Source: Bacillota bacterium (lineage in GTDB: Bacteria > Bacillota > Clostridia > Christensenellales > SZUA-584). From it: a DNA stretch of 64,000 nucleotides. The notes under the pieces are model-generated. The model was not told the origin of the DNA. It searched no databases and worked only from the letters and a program-made list of their open reading frames with translations. The stretch covers positions 42,788 through 106,787 of the forward strand of contig JAEZKQ010000024.1 in assembly GCA_023436115.1 (NCBI GenBank). Reading direction: 5' to 3'. The position numbers and the translations under genes are program-made. Below are positions 55,335 through 64,000 of the stretch, piece after piece. Position 1 is the first letter of the stretch. Each line of letters opens with the position of its first letter.

Positions 55335-55733
55335 TTACTGAATCACATAATCATTAAAATAGATAGTTCCTATATAGTCAAGCCCCATCTTGCTTTCCAA
55401 ATTCTTCGCGATCTCTTTGCGCAAAGTGTCTTCAATGCCCTGGCTGCGAAGCTCGTCCTCTGTCTTGCTCCGAAGTGTAAACACGATCACATCCCGTATG
55501 ATATGATTGTTCTCAGTCAGATACTCTCTTGCGCTCTCCTCATCGGTTGTGCTCAGTTCTAATACGATCGTCACTTTTATCAGTGCTTTGCTGTCTTTAA
55601 TATTGGTCACAAAGTAGTCACCGGGCGTATAAAAGAAGGTTTCAGGCTCAGGCGGAGGCGTTAAAAACAGAAAATAGACAGCGGCTCCCGCTACAGCAAG
55701 CACCAATATAATAATGATAATAGCTTTTTTCAT
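55335..55733 (-). CDS. fliL: flagellar basal-body-associated protein FliL
   Basis: Single TM, an FliL-like core, and position after motB. Confidence 0.8.
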   Translation of the reverse strand: MKKAIIIIILVLAVAGAAVYFLFLTPPPEPETFFYTPGDYFVTNIKDSKALIKVTIVLELSTTDEESAREYLTENNHIIRDVIVFTLRSKTEDELRSQGIEDTLRKEIAKNLESKMGLDYIGTIYFNDYVIQ

Positions 55734-55744
55734 TCCAGTTACCT

Positions 55745-56524
55745 CTATTCCATAAGTATGCTTTGAAGCACAAAATCCACTCGCCGGTTCAAAGCTTTAC
55801 CTTCATTCGTATCATTGGATGCTACGGGATGATATTCACCCCGCCCGGCAGGATCCAGCTTCACAGGATCAATATCTATAATAGTCTTCATAAAAAGAAC
55901 GACTTCATGTGCTCTTGAGAAAGATAGCATCCAATTGTCTTCGAACTTTGAATTTTGAATCGGAACATTATCCGTATGTCCCTCGACACGTATGGTCTTT
56001 ATCAGATCATCATACTCCATAATGATTTCGCATATGCTGGGCAGCATCTCTTTTGCTTCCGGTTTGATAACGTCACTCCCCGAATCAAACAACGCAGACT
56101 CGGTCATTCTTAGCATTATGACATTGTCCTGCATCTTAACATTGAGTTTATCCTGCAAGCCTTTAACTTCAATATATGCTTTTATTTTCTCATAAAGCTC
56201 GTCAAATCTTTCTTGTACGTCGGCAGCATTCCCTCCAACTACATCCAGTTCATCCGACTCTGTCGCGTCAGGATCTGTCTCTGCCTTATCCGTTGTGTTC
56301 TGACCTTCAATAGCAGGTGCGCTCACATCGCTGCTGCTAAGGGCGTTAACAGCCACGATAGGTGTGCCCGAGAGAGCATTGGCGAGTTCCTCCCATTTTT
56401 GCGAATCAATTGTTGAGAAAGAAAATAGAAGGACAAAAAAAGTCAGCAACAGTGTGACCATATCGCCATAGGTATCCATCCAATAAGCACCCTCACCCTG
56501 TGGTTCCTGCTTCCTTCTTCTCAT
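55745..56524 (-). CDS. motB: flagellar stator protein MotB (OmpA-like)
   Basis: WMDTYGDMVTLLLTFFVLL plug/TM and a C-terminal OmpA-like domain (RRVDF). Confidence 0.9.
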   Translation of the reverse strand: MRRRKQEPQGEGAYWMDTYGDMVTLLLTFFVLLFSFSTIDSQKWEELANALSGTPIVAVNALSSSDVSAPAIEGQNTTDKAETDPDATESDELDVVGGNAADVQERFDELYEKIKAYIEVKGLQDKLNVKMQDNVIMLRMTESALFDSGSDVIKPEAKEMLPSICEIIMEYDDLIKTIRVEGHTDNVPIQNSKFEDNWMLSFSRAHEVVLFMKTIIDIDPVKLDPAGRGEYHPVASNDTNEGKALNRRVDFVLQSILME

Positions 56525-56533
56525 AATTCCCTC

Positions 56534-57328
56534 TTATATCTCTTTGACTTCCGGATTTGTCGTGTTTTCCTCGTCCTTGCGAACGTCGCGCCGCGCGATA
56601 AATGATGTCAGCTTGTCTTTAATAATGCGGGGGTTTTCCCCATCTTGTATAGAAAGCAGCCCTTCTAAATAAAGTTCTTTTTGCAGCGCCTCGCTATCGC
56701 TATGCACTTTAAGCTTCTTTGCAATTGGCGTAAATACCAGATTGGCCAAAACAACGCCGTAGAAAGTTGTAACAAGTGCAACGGCCATGTTGGGCGCAAG
56801 CGTATCCATATTATCCAATTCTTTAAGCATATTAATGAGTCCGATCAAAGTACCGATCATACCGTATGCGGGCGAATAAGAGGACATACTGAGTATAATG
56901 GCTTGCCCCTGTGCATGTCTTTCCTGTATAAAGGCTATTTCTGTTTCGAGTATGTTTTTCACCAATTCGGCATCAGCGCCATCCACGATTAGCATAATGC
57001 CTTTTTGAAGAAACGGATTGTCCATCTCACCCATAGAATCTTCAAGCGCCAGCAATCCTTCACGTCTGGCTATATTGGCGATGCGTATAATCAAATCGAT
57101 ATCGTCGTTTAAATCGATTCTTTTAGCCCGAAAAGCGTTTTTATAGACAGTTCTTAAGGACTTAAGCATCTTTCCCGGATAAGATACGATCGTCGATGCG
57201 ATTACGCCTCCGAAAACGATAAATATAGACGGGACATCAAAAAAAGATATCAATTCTCCCTCTAACAGAATTGAAATGACGATACAGGCCAGACCTGTAA
57301 CGATACCGATTATTGTTGTTTTTTCCAC
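56534..57328 (-). CDS. motA: flagellar stator protein MotA
   Basis: Four TM segments and the conserved YGMIGTLIGL region. Confidence 0.9.
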   Translation of the reverse strand: MEKTTIIGIVTGLACIVISILLEGELISFFDVPSIFIVFGGVIASTIVSYPGKMLKSLRTVYKNAFRAKRIDLNDDIDLIIRIANIARREGLLALEDSMGEMDNPFLQKGIMLIVDGADAELVKNILETEIAFIQERHAQGQAIILSMSSYSPAYGMIGTLIGLINMLKELDNMDTLAPNMAVALVTTFYGVVLANLVFTPIAKKLKVHSDSEALQKELYLEGLLSIQDGENPRIIKDKLTSFIARRDVRKDEENTTNPEVKEI

Positions 57329-57339
57329 TCAAAACACCC

Positions 57340-57549
57340 CTAATACTTTTTGACACTGACACCGTCGGAGCTGTATATCTTACGTTTGTATTCAATAATC
57401 AAATTCTGTATTTCTTCGCTGGTTTCCGACACAACAAGCTTTCGGCCCGATACCATCGAAACCACGGTATTAGGCGTTTCCTCAACAAATTCGATCAGCT
57501 CACAATTGATTAAAAACTCTTGATTATTTAAACGATGAACCCTAATCAA
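57340..57549 (-). CDS. flbD: flagellar protein FlbD
   Basis: MIRVHRLNNQEFLINCELIEFVEETPNT. Confidence 0.85.
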   Translation of the reverse strand: MIRVHRLNNQEFLINCELIEFVEETPNTVVSMVSGRKLVVSETSEEIQNLIIEYKRKIYSSDGVSVKKY

Positions 57550-57649
57550 AACCGATATTCCCTCCTACATTTTAATTCCACAAAATTCTCTTCAGATGGG
57601 GCGGTTATGAGGCGGGAAAAGCCTTATTTTCCCGCCTTTTTCGGTTCGT

Positions 57650-58492
57650 TTATCTGACCATGTTAACGAGTTCTTCAAGCATCTCGTCCGTGGTGGTAAT
57701 AATTCTTGAGTTAGCCTGAAAGCCTCTCTGTGTGACGATCATATCCGCAAATTCGGCCGTCAGATCCACATTCGCCATTTCCAGCGTGCCCGGATTCAGC
57801 TTGCCGGCGCCTTCGGTTGCCGGCTTGCAGTATTGTGCATCGCCCGAGTTGACTGTGGTCCTGTACGAGTTTTCACCGCACTTTTCCAAACCGTTCGGAT
57901 TGGAGAAGAGAGCAACCGCTATATTCCCCAGCACAGTGCTGACACTTGTTGCTTCGTCAAGCCCAACCACCTCGCCATTGCTGTTGATGGAAATGTCATA
58001 GTAGTCTGGGTCAACGAAAATTTTCTGCATAAGAGGTTTTCCGGCCGCATCGTATTGTATGTTGCCGGCTGCGTCTAAATCAAAACCCATGACATAGTTG
58101 CCGTTGGCATCCACAAGATAATTCTGAGCATCCGTGTAAAGATTGCCGGCGCGTGTGTAAGTGGTTTGTGTACCATCCGAAATGATAAAGTAGCCGTCTC
58201 CGTCGATGGATAAATCCATCGAGTTACCAGTGTACTGCGGCGTCCCTTTGGTATGCAGCACATCAATGGTAGCCACCTGCACGCCAAGACCTATCTGCTG
58301 CGGGTTCGTGCCGCCCGTGCTGCCGTTTGTTGTCGAAGCGGGTTTTATTGTCTGGCTGTATATATCCTGAAAGATCACACGGCTTGATTTATAGCCGATT
58401 GTGTTAACGTTGGCAATATTGTTGCCGATCACATCCATCTTTGTCTGGTGGTTTCTTAATCCGGTCACACCGGAATATAATGAACGCATCAT
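57650..58492 (-). CDS. flgE: flagellar hook protein FlgE (short Bacillus-like form)
   Basis: MMRSLYSGVTGLRNHQTKMDVIGNNIANVNTIGYK N-terminus and a C-terminal VTQRGFQANSR. Confidence 0.85.
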   Translation of the reverse strand: MMRSLYSGVTGLRNHQTKMDVIGNNIANVNTIGYKSSRVIFQDIYSQTIKPASTTNGSTGGTNPQQIGLGVQVATIDVLHTKGTPQYTGNSMDLSIDGDGYFIISDGTQTTYTRAGNLYTDAQNYLVDANGNYVMGFDLDAAGNIQYDAAGKPLMQKIFVDPDYYDISINSNGEVVGLDEATSVSTVLGNIAVALFSNPNGLEKCGENSYRTTVNSGDAQYCKPATEGAGKLNPGTLEMANVDLTAEFADMIVTQRGFQANSRIITTTDEMLEELVNMVR

Positions 58493-58510
58493 GGTTTAGT
58501 TACCTCCTTG

Positions 58511-59128
58511 TTATGCAACCTCAGTTATTTTTGCGACAGGCACATTTTTCTCGTTCACGACGGCATAGATTTCCCCGTCCTTAATCACAAGCTTGCTGAC
58601 CTGTCCGGTTATCGTTGTTTCCGTGCCATTTTCGTCCTTCATTTTAGCTGTTACCGTCTTGCCGATCAGATTCGAGCTCTGCACAATCTTGTCATCCAAA
58701 TCGCCCTCGACAGCCGACGCATCCATCACGCCTGTCACTTTTGTGGATTCAAATGTTTTTCCGCCGACAAGCAGATAGTTGATACCCTTTTCGGTGACCA
58801 CCCCATCCACTTTACCGAAGATCAGACCGGAAGCATCATCTATATATACATACTTGCCGATCATGCTGTATGCCTGACTTGTGCTAAAGCCCGCGCTGAG
58901 CTCTGAAAACTGTTCCAGAAGCGAAAATTGCGCCATCTGAGATATAAACTCCGTATTGCTTGTGGGCTCCAAAGGATTCTGGTTGGACATCTGCGCAACA
59001 AGAATCTTTAAAAATTCATCTTTCCCCAGCGCGTTTTTACTTCTGCTCTGAGCTTTTTGATAGTCTTCCAGCGTTCTGACCGCAGAACTTGCCGCTGTGG
59101 TTGTATTGACTGTTGACATTCGTTTCAA
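58511..59128 (-). CDS. flgD: flagellar hook assembly protein FlgD
   Basis: LGKDEFLKILVAQMSNQNPLEP motif. Confidence 0.9.
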   Translation of the reverse strand: MKRMSTVNTTTAASSAVRTLEDYQKAQSRSKNALGKDEFLKILVAQMSNQNPLEPTSNTEFISQMAQFSLLEQFSELSAGFSTSQAYSMIGKYVYIDDASGLIFGKVDGVVTEKGINYLLVGGKTFESTKVTGVMDASAVEGDLDDKIVQSSNLIGKTVTAKMKDENGTETTITGQVSKLVIKDGEIYAVVNEKNVPVAKITEVA

Positions 59129-59134
59129 CTCCTT

Positions 59135-60535
59135 TTAAGCGAGGTACTCGACAGAACTGCCGCCCCAGCCGTATCCGGGCGTTTCCGTTATCGTACCGTA
59201 GAACCCGCCGCTCATGATCTGCTCCAATGATGCGTGAGTACGGCTGCTTTGTTTCTTTGCAAAGCCTGCATTGCCGTCACGGAAGGACTTATGGCCGTCA
59301 CTGTCTTGCATCTGGCTCTGATACGTCACGTCAATGTTGGAAACAGCAATTCCCTTTTCCTTAAGCGCCGACTGCATTGCCGATGTCTGATCTGTGAACA
59401 AGCCCTTCACTCCAAGATCTTCTGTCTTGATCTGCATGCGGAACTCGCCGTTTTCCATTGTAATCTTAATGTTCACCTTGCCCAGAAAATCGGGTTTAAG
59501 CTCCACGTCAAAATCATAACGGCCTTGCGAGGTCTGCGTGCTCATCTTATCCACTATTCGCATCACATTGTCTTTAATAAAGTCAGACTGAGCAGCCTTT
59601 GCGGGCTGAACGTTTGGCTCCGCCGGGCTGACTTCCTGCGCCACTGCCGCCCCGGTCGGCAAACCGGGCTGCATCACCGCATCCGTCTTAGCGGGCTGCT
59701 CCGGCATCGCATCGGCAGACTTGGCTGCTGATTCCGGCATATTCACACCGACCTGATCTGCTGTTGTCGACGGGACCGCTGCCTTAATGGGCTGGATACG
59801 ATCCGGAATGACTCCGGTCTCTGCCGTTTTGACCGGCTCCATTGGCAGCTCTTCCGTTGATGCCGCGGCTTTATCGCTTTGTAACGTTTTTAGTTTCATA
59901 AGCATGCTTATCAGCTTATCTTCCGATGTTGCAGTATCCGTCTGCACTGTTTCCGTTGCCAAATGCGCATCCTGCGTCTTTGGAACAGATATCTGATTTT
60001 TATTGGTACTCTCGAGGGAGCCCAAATACTCGCCAACTGCTTTTATAATGGCCTGCTGCTCATCCTTGCCGAGCAGGCCGAATTGGCCGTTTGACAGCAT
60101 CCGTGCATATTGCTCAAACGCCCCTGATTCCTGCGCACCTTCGGGAAGAACAAACGGTAGGCTTGCCGTTTCCGCCGCCGATTCATTTGATGTCATCGTG
60201 TGTACAGGCTGCGCATTTGCGGTCGAAGCTTGCAGGGCGTCTGGCTGATAATCCAGCAATAATCCGAATCCTTCGAGAATGCCAACAATTTCAGGCGTTG
60301 CTTGTTTTGCGACCGAATCTGTGGCCATGCTGTTATCGTTGTTGCCGTTGATCTGGTTGGTGACTGTGGGCAAACCGTATGGCGATTCATCTTCCAATAT
60401 CACGCAGTCTTCAAGTTTTTTCTTAAATTCTGACGGACCTTTATTCTCGCTGCCGGTCTTCGCACAGCCGTTCACCGTTTTCATATCAGCAACCGCATTA
60501 GCTGGTGTTTCACTTAACACCATCGCTGCATTCAA
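59135..60535 (-). CDS. fliK: flagellar hook-length control protein FliK
   Basis: Long low-complexity N-terminal part and a C-terminal Flg_hook-like segment (LKPDFLGKVNIKITMENGEF). Confidence 0.75.
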   Translation of the reverse strand: MNAAMVLSETPANAVADMKTVNGCAKTGSENKGPSEFKKKLEDCVILEDESPYGLPTVTNQINGNNDNSMATDSVAKQATPEIVGILEGFGLLLDYQPDALQASTANAQPVHTMTSNESAAETASLPFVLPEGAQESGAFEQYARMLSNGQFGLLGKDEQQAIIKAVGEYLGSLESTNKNQISVPKTQDAHLATETVQTDTATSEDKLISMLMKLKTLQSDKAAASTEELPMEPVKTAETGVIPDRIQPIKAAVPSTTADQVGVNMPESAAKSADAMPEQPAKTDAVMQPGLPTGAAVAQEVSPAEPNVQPAKAAQSDFIKDNVMRIVDKMSTQTSQGRYDFDVELKPDFLGKVNIKITMENGEFRMQIKTEDLGVKGLFTDQTSAMQSALKEKGIAVSNIDVTYQSQMQDSDGHKSFRDGNAGFAKKQSSRTHASLEQIMSGGFYGTITETPGYGWGGSSVEYLA

Positions 60536-60589
60536 ATGATATACCCCTCCTTCTTAATAGAGTTTGAACGGACATCAAAACCTCCTTTT

Positions 60590-61327
60590 TCACTTCATCA
60601 TTTCTGATAGAATCTTCGTTGCTTCCTTAGAATTCATATTGGCCAGGATTTTTGAAGCACTTTCGCTGGACATGTTCAGAAGCAGGTTGGCTATATACTT
60701 TGTAGAATCCAGTCCTCTGATAACCTCTGCAGCCTTCACGGGATCCATCGACTCAAAGATCTTGGCTGTTGACTGCAGATCCGATAGCGACTGCTCAGTC
60801 TGGGAGGGCTCTGCTTCTTCACTTTGCTGACTTTTTTCCTGTTCCGACAGTGCCAGCTCACGTGCGGCCAAATCTTCCTCCAGCAAATTTAACTCATCTT
60901 CTTTATTATCGAGCTTTTTTTGCTTTTCCTTAAGCTTTGCTTTTTGATTATCGATATCTTCTTGCTGAATCTGTAATTCAGCTTTTAACGCATCGATTTC
61001 TTCAGCCGTCATTGCGCCTTCAGCAGTTTCCCCTGCCGGGCTGTCCGTTTGCAAAAAGGCCGCCACGGCCTGCCGAACAGAACCGACATCAAAATAAACA
61101 ATTGCTGCACCTGCAATCAGCAACACAATTAAAAAAATGCTGAAAACAGCTCCGCCCGATAATTTCTTTTTCGGGGATTTAACCGGTTTCGGCGTTGTTG
61201 GCGGCGGTGCAGCCTTGGTCATTTTAGGCGCGTTGGGAGCTTTGGGCTGTTTAAATCCCTTTCCAAGCGTTTCTTGGTTGTCCTGCGGCCTGTCGCCTCT
61301 TCTGTTATCCTGATAATCTTCCTGCAT
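60590..61327 (-). CDS. flagellar-operon protein with MgtE-N-like domain (YlxF position)
   Basis: Basic, Pro-rich N-terminus, one TM, a coiled coil, and a C-terminal MgtE_N-like motif (PVKAAEVIRGL...ILANM). Confidence 0.6.
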   Translation of the reverse strand: MQEDYQDNRRGDRPQDNQETLGKGFKQPKAPNAPKMTKAAPPPTTPKPVKSPKKKLSGGAVFSIFLIVLLIAGAAIVYFDVGSVRQAVAAFLQTDSPAGETAEGAMTAEEIDALKAELQIQQEDIDNQKAKLKEKQKKLDNKEDELNLLEEDLAARELALSEQEKSQQSEEAEPSQTEQSLSDLQSTAKIFESMDPVKAAEVIRGLDSTKYIANLLLNMSSESASKILANMNSKEATKILSEMMK

Positions 61328-61337
61328 AAATACACCT

Positions 61338-61778
61338 TTAAGATACTGTCACTTTATATGACACCAAATCGTCAATAAGCTTGCTCTGCTCTTTTTTAAT
61401 CTCGCCCAGATACTCAGTGTATTGAGTTTCGCGAAGCTTATCGAGCAGCTTTATCTCTCTGCGGACATGCACAAGCTTTTGCATCCAATGTTCCTTTTCC
61501 CTCTCGAGCTTGCCGATTTGCTCCATGACGGCGGCCATAGCCGCTTTTGAGCTGTCAAAAAAAGATCCATAGTGCTGCACATGGGGGGCTATCATACCCT
61601 TCGTCACGGCCCCGCTGTACTCGACCTTTGTTTTGTCATAACCACGATTCAGCACAGCCAGATCATCCTTCAGCCGGTTGATGTTCGCTTCGATCAAACC
61701 AATCTGAAGCTTATGCTGTTTTTCAAGACCCAGCTGCATGTCGTACCACGCCTGCAACGAGAAAACAAATTTCTTCAT
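61338..61778 (-). CDS. fliJ: flagellar export chaperone FliJ
   Basis: 146-aa coiled coil between fliI and fliK, with a 4-nt overlap with fliI. Confidence 0.8.
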   Translation of the reverse strand: MKKFVFSLQAWYDMQLGLEKQHKLQIGLIEANINRLKDDLAVLNRGYDKTKVEYSGAVTKGMIAPHVQHYGSFFDSSKAAMAAVMEQIGKLEREKEHWMQKLVHVRREIKLLDKLRETQYTEYLGEIKKEQSKLIDDLVSYKVTVS

Positions 61779-63112
61779 TCTTCAACACTTCGCCTGTCGT
61801 AAATTTTTGCTACCAGATCCATTGTTTCTTCAAAGGAAAACTTCTCATCCACCTGTTGTTTTAAAAGACTGTTGATATCATCAATGAGTGAAATGGCTTC
61901 GTCAATTTTCGGGCTGGAACCGGCTTTGTATGCACCAATTGATATCAAGTCCTGCGCGTCCTTATAGGTTGCCATCACGCCTTTTAGGTATGACGATTTT
62001 CTTAGCTCCTGCTTATCCATCACATCGGGCATCAAGCGGCTGACGCTTTGCAGCACATCGATGGCAGGATAGTGGTTGTTGTTCGCCATCTTTCTGGAGA
62101 GCACGATATGCCCGTCCAGAATACCTCGGACGGTATCGGAGATAGGCTCATCCATATCGTCACCTTCCACAAGGACGGTATACAAACCTGTAATAGAGCC
62201 GTTGCTGCACATACCCGCGCGTTCAAGCAGTTTAGGCATAATCGCGTAAACACTGGGCGTGAAACCGCGTGATACGGGCGGCTCTCCAATGGCCATACCA
62301 ATCTCACGCTGCGCCATCGCAAAACGCGTGAGTGAATCCATCATTAACATCACGTCATAGCCCTGGTCGCGGAAATATTCAGCCACTGCCGTACCGACCA
62401 TAGCAGACTTAAGCCGAACCAGCGCTGGCTGGTCGGATGTGGCCACGATCAGTATCGAACGTTTTAAACCTTCCTCCTGAAGATCCTTCTCAAGAAAATC
62501 CCGAACTTCACGTCCTCTTTCGCCGATAAGCACGATCACATTGATATCCGCAGACGTGTTGCGGGCGATCATTCCCAGAAGTGTGCTCTTTCCAACACCG
62601 CTGCCTGCGAAAATTCCGATTCTTTGTCCTTTACCAAGAGTCAGCATCGAATCGATGGCTTTTATACCCAGCGGCAGCCGCTGTGTGATTCTTTTTCTTT
62701 CTAGGGGGCTCGGCGGGTTGTTCATGATGGGATAGTAATCATCAGCTCTTATGGGTCCAAGGCCGTCTATCGGATTGCCAAGGCCATCAAGCACACGTCC
62801 GCAGAACTCTCTGCCAACGCTCACCTTCAGCGCGCGATGGTCAGACACCACATAGCTATTGGGCCCCACACCCGAAAGGTCACCAAAAGGCATGAGCAGC
62901 ACCTTTTTTTCCTTGAAACCAACGACCTCCGATAATATGAACTTTTCCTTATCATCCGTATATATCCGGCAAATATCTCCGAGCTTAGCAGACAGCCCCA
63001 CGGCCTCCACCGTTAGGCCAAATATCTGGCTGACGCGGCCGCCATATTCAAAGAAATCTCTATTCTTAAGCGCGTTCCTGTAGGTTTGGGTTTTTGAAAA
63101 CATGTTATTCAA
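61775..63112 (-). CDS. fliI: flagellum-specific ATPase FliI
   Basis: Walker A GSGVGKST and F1/T3SS-ATPase-like motifs. Confidence 0.95.
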   Translation of the reverse strand: MNNMFSKTQTYRNALKNRDFFEYGGRVSQIFGLTVEAVGLSAKLGDICRIYTDDKEKFILSEVVGFKEKKVLLMPFGDLSGVGPNSYVVSDHRALKVSVGREFCGRVLDGLGNPIDGLGPIRADDYYPIMNNPPSPLERKRITQRLPLGIKAIDSMLTLGKGQRIGIFAGSGVGKSTLLGMIARNTSADINVIVLIGERGREVRDFLEKDLQEEGLKRSILIVATSDQPALVRLKSAMVGTAVAEYFRDQGYDVMLMMDSLTRFAMAQREIGMAIGEPPVSRGFTPSVYAIMPKLLERAGMCSNGSITGLYTVLVEGDDMDEPISDTVRGILDGHIVLSRKMANNNHYPAIDVLQSVSRLMPDVMDKQELRKSSYLKGVMATYKDAQDLISIGAYKAGSSPKIDEAISLIDDINSLLKQQVDEKFSFEETMDLVAKIYDRRSVEE

Positions 63113-63845
63113 CCTGCTCGCTTAAATACTGACCGATCTTTTTAAGCTGCATAGGTATGCCTGCATCAACGATCTCGCTATCCGCTTCAATGACACAGCT
63201 TCCCTGCGGCAGCTTTGCATCACAAACGACTTCAAAGGATCCGCAATTGGTTTCCTGATGAAGCCATTGTGTGCCCTCTTTAAAATACTTGTCATATTCA
63301 GCCTGGCTGACATAGAGCGAGAAATTGTCAGCATGTTTTATGCCTGCGACCGCCCTCTTGACAATATCCTTATAAAGCTTATCGTCTCTTTCCATTTGAA
63401 GGTTAAGGATTTTTTCCGCCACATCCATAGACAGCTCGAGCACATGCGATTCCAGCGTTTGATAAAGTTCCTGCCGATATTCTTCTACGCGTGAGAGCAC
63501 ATCCTTAACCTCTGCCATTTTCGATTTGAGTTTGGCATTCAGTTCAGCGCGTCCCTCTTCAAGCCCCGCTTCATAGCCCTCCCGGCGGGCTGTTTCCCTG
63601 ATCTCCTCCGCCTCTAAGGTTGCATTCATTATAATCTTCTGCGCATTGGTATTGGCATTCTGCACAAACTCACGCGCCTTTTCACGCACAGAAGGCGGCA
63701 TTTGTTCATCGTCCTCCAGCGTCATCAGTTGTTGCGAAAGCTTTTCCCGTTCCTTCACTGTCTCTTTATGCGTAATGACGATACACGAACGATTTATATT
63801 CATGTTGTCGATGAGTGTCTTATCGATTTTAAACAATGAGTTCAT
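63105..63845 (-). CDS. fliH: flagellar assembly protein FliH
   Basis: The ATG at 63845 overlaps the fliG end. Glu/Ala-rich coiled coil and a FliH C-terminal domain. Confidence 0.8.
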   Translation of the reverse strand: MNSLFKIDKTLIDNMNINRSCIVITHKETVKEREKLSQQLMTLEDDEQMPPSVREKAREFVQNANTNAQKIIMNATLEAEEIRETARREGYEAGLEEGRAELNAKLKSKMAEVKDVLSRVEEYRQELYQTLESHVLELSMDVAEKILNLQMERDDKLYKDIVKRAVAGIKHADNFSLYVSQAEYDKYFKEGTQWLHQETNCGSFEVVCDAKLPQGSCVIEADSEIVDAGIPMQLKKIGQYLSEQVE

Positions 63846-64000
63846 CCCCCGAATTCCGTGAAATGATAATCTCCCCGGAATCATCAAGCCGCCTTATCAC
63901 GTTCACGATCTTCTGCTGCGCTTCCTCCACGTCTCTCACACGTACAGGCCCCATATACTCCATATCTTCCTTTATCATCTCCTGCAGACGTTTCGAGATG
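63829..64000 (-). CDS. fliG: flagellar motor switch protein FliG, C-terminal part (N-terminus beyond window)
   Basis: Minus-strand frame reads ...ISKRLQEMIKEDMEYMGPVRVRDVEEAQQKIVNVIRRLDDSGEIIISR... Confidence 0.85.
   Translation of the reverse strand, partial: ISKRLQEMIKEDMEYMGPVRVRDVEEAQQKIVNVIRRLDDSGEIIISRNSGDELIV

Noticed and set aside
57650-58492. FlgE of only 280 aa, considered as a truncated hook gene.
   Set aside because: Both conserved termini are intact, and short FlgE proteins of about 260-280 aa are normal in Bacillus-type flagella.
1-64000. Search for CRISPR arrays, tRNA/rRNA genes, transposases, integrases, prophage or classic defence genes.
   Set aside because: None seen. There are no regularly spaced repeats, no tRNA-like GGTTCGAATCC T-arm motif in the intergenic regions I read, and no recombinase, nuclease or helicase-type ORFs.

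Overview
This looks like a chromosomal window from a spore-forming, flagellated Clostridia-type Firmicute. Supporting markers are AbrB, SpmA/SpmB, an alpha/beta SASP, a glycine T-box, and CtsR- and NrdR-type boxes. GC content is moderate by eye, with several AT-rich islets. I call about 75 protein genes and found no rRNA, tRNA, CRISPR array, transposase or integrase. Most content is housekeeping: Fe-ADH, amt-glnK, glyQS behind a T-box, metG-tatD-rSAM, nrdDG, rsmI, an ABC-F ATPase, two RluA synthases, an amino-acid ABC importer, a MacAB-like efflux trio, radA, hsp20, an aminotransferase with Lrp, rex-yjbQ and a CoA-disulfide-reductase fusion. The right end (53286-64000, minus strand) is a flagellar block running fliG-H-I-J-(MgtE_N)-fliK-flgD-flgE-flbD-motAB-fliL-fliM-fliY. 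The best candidate for new biology is 5049-7977. It contains a BlaI-type repressor with twin operators in its own promoter. Next to it is a BlaR1/MecR1-type M56 transducer whose extracellular sensor is a VanW plus G5-like module rather than a penicillin-binding domain. That module is paralogous to two tandem VanW genes at 43854-47185. The fusion also carries an in-frame SD, ATG and lipoprotein-signal signature at the junction, and a signal-less YkuD L,D-transpeptidase gene sits immediately upstream. Secondary items:
- a structured ~120-nt intergenic repeat in two copies
- a terminator-containing amt leader
- an accessory islet between glyQS and metG holding a Planctomycete/Myxobacteria-style TIGR02996+LRR protein and a frameshifted GyrI-like gene
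- an EF-hand-like protein behind a sigma-D-like promoter
- a CoADR-rhodanese-TusA-DsrE fusion paired with a mini-ferredoxin

All homology calls come from reading motifs by eye. No searches were run.
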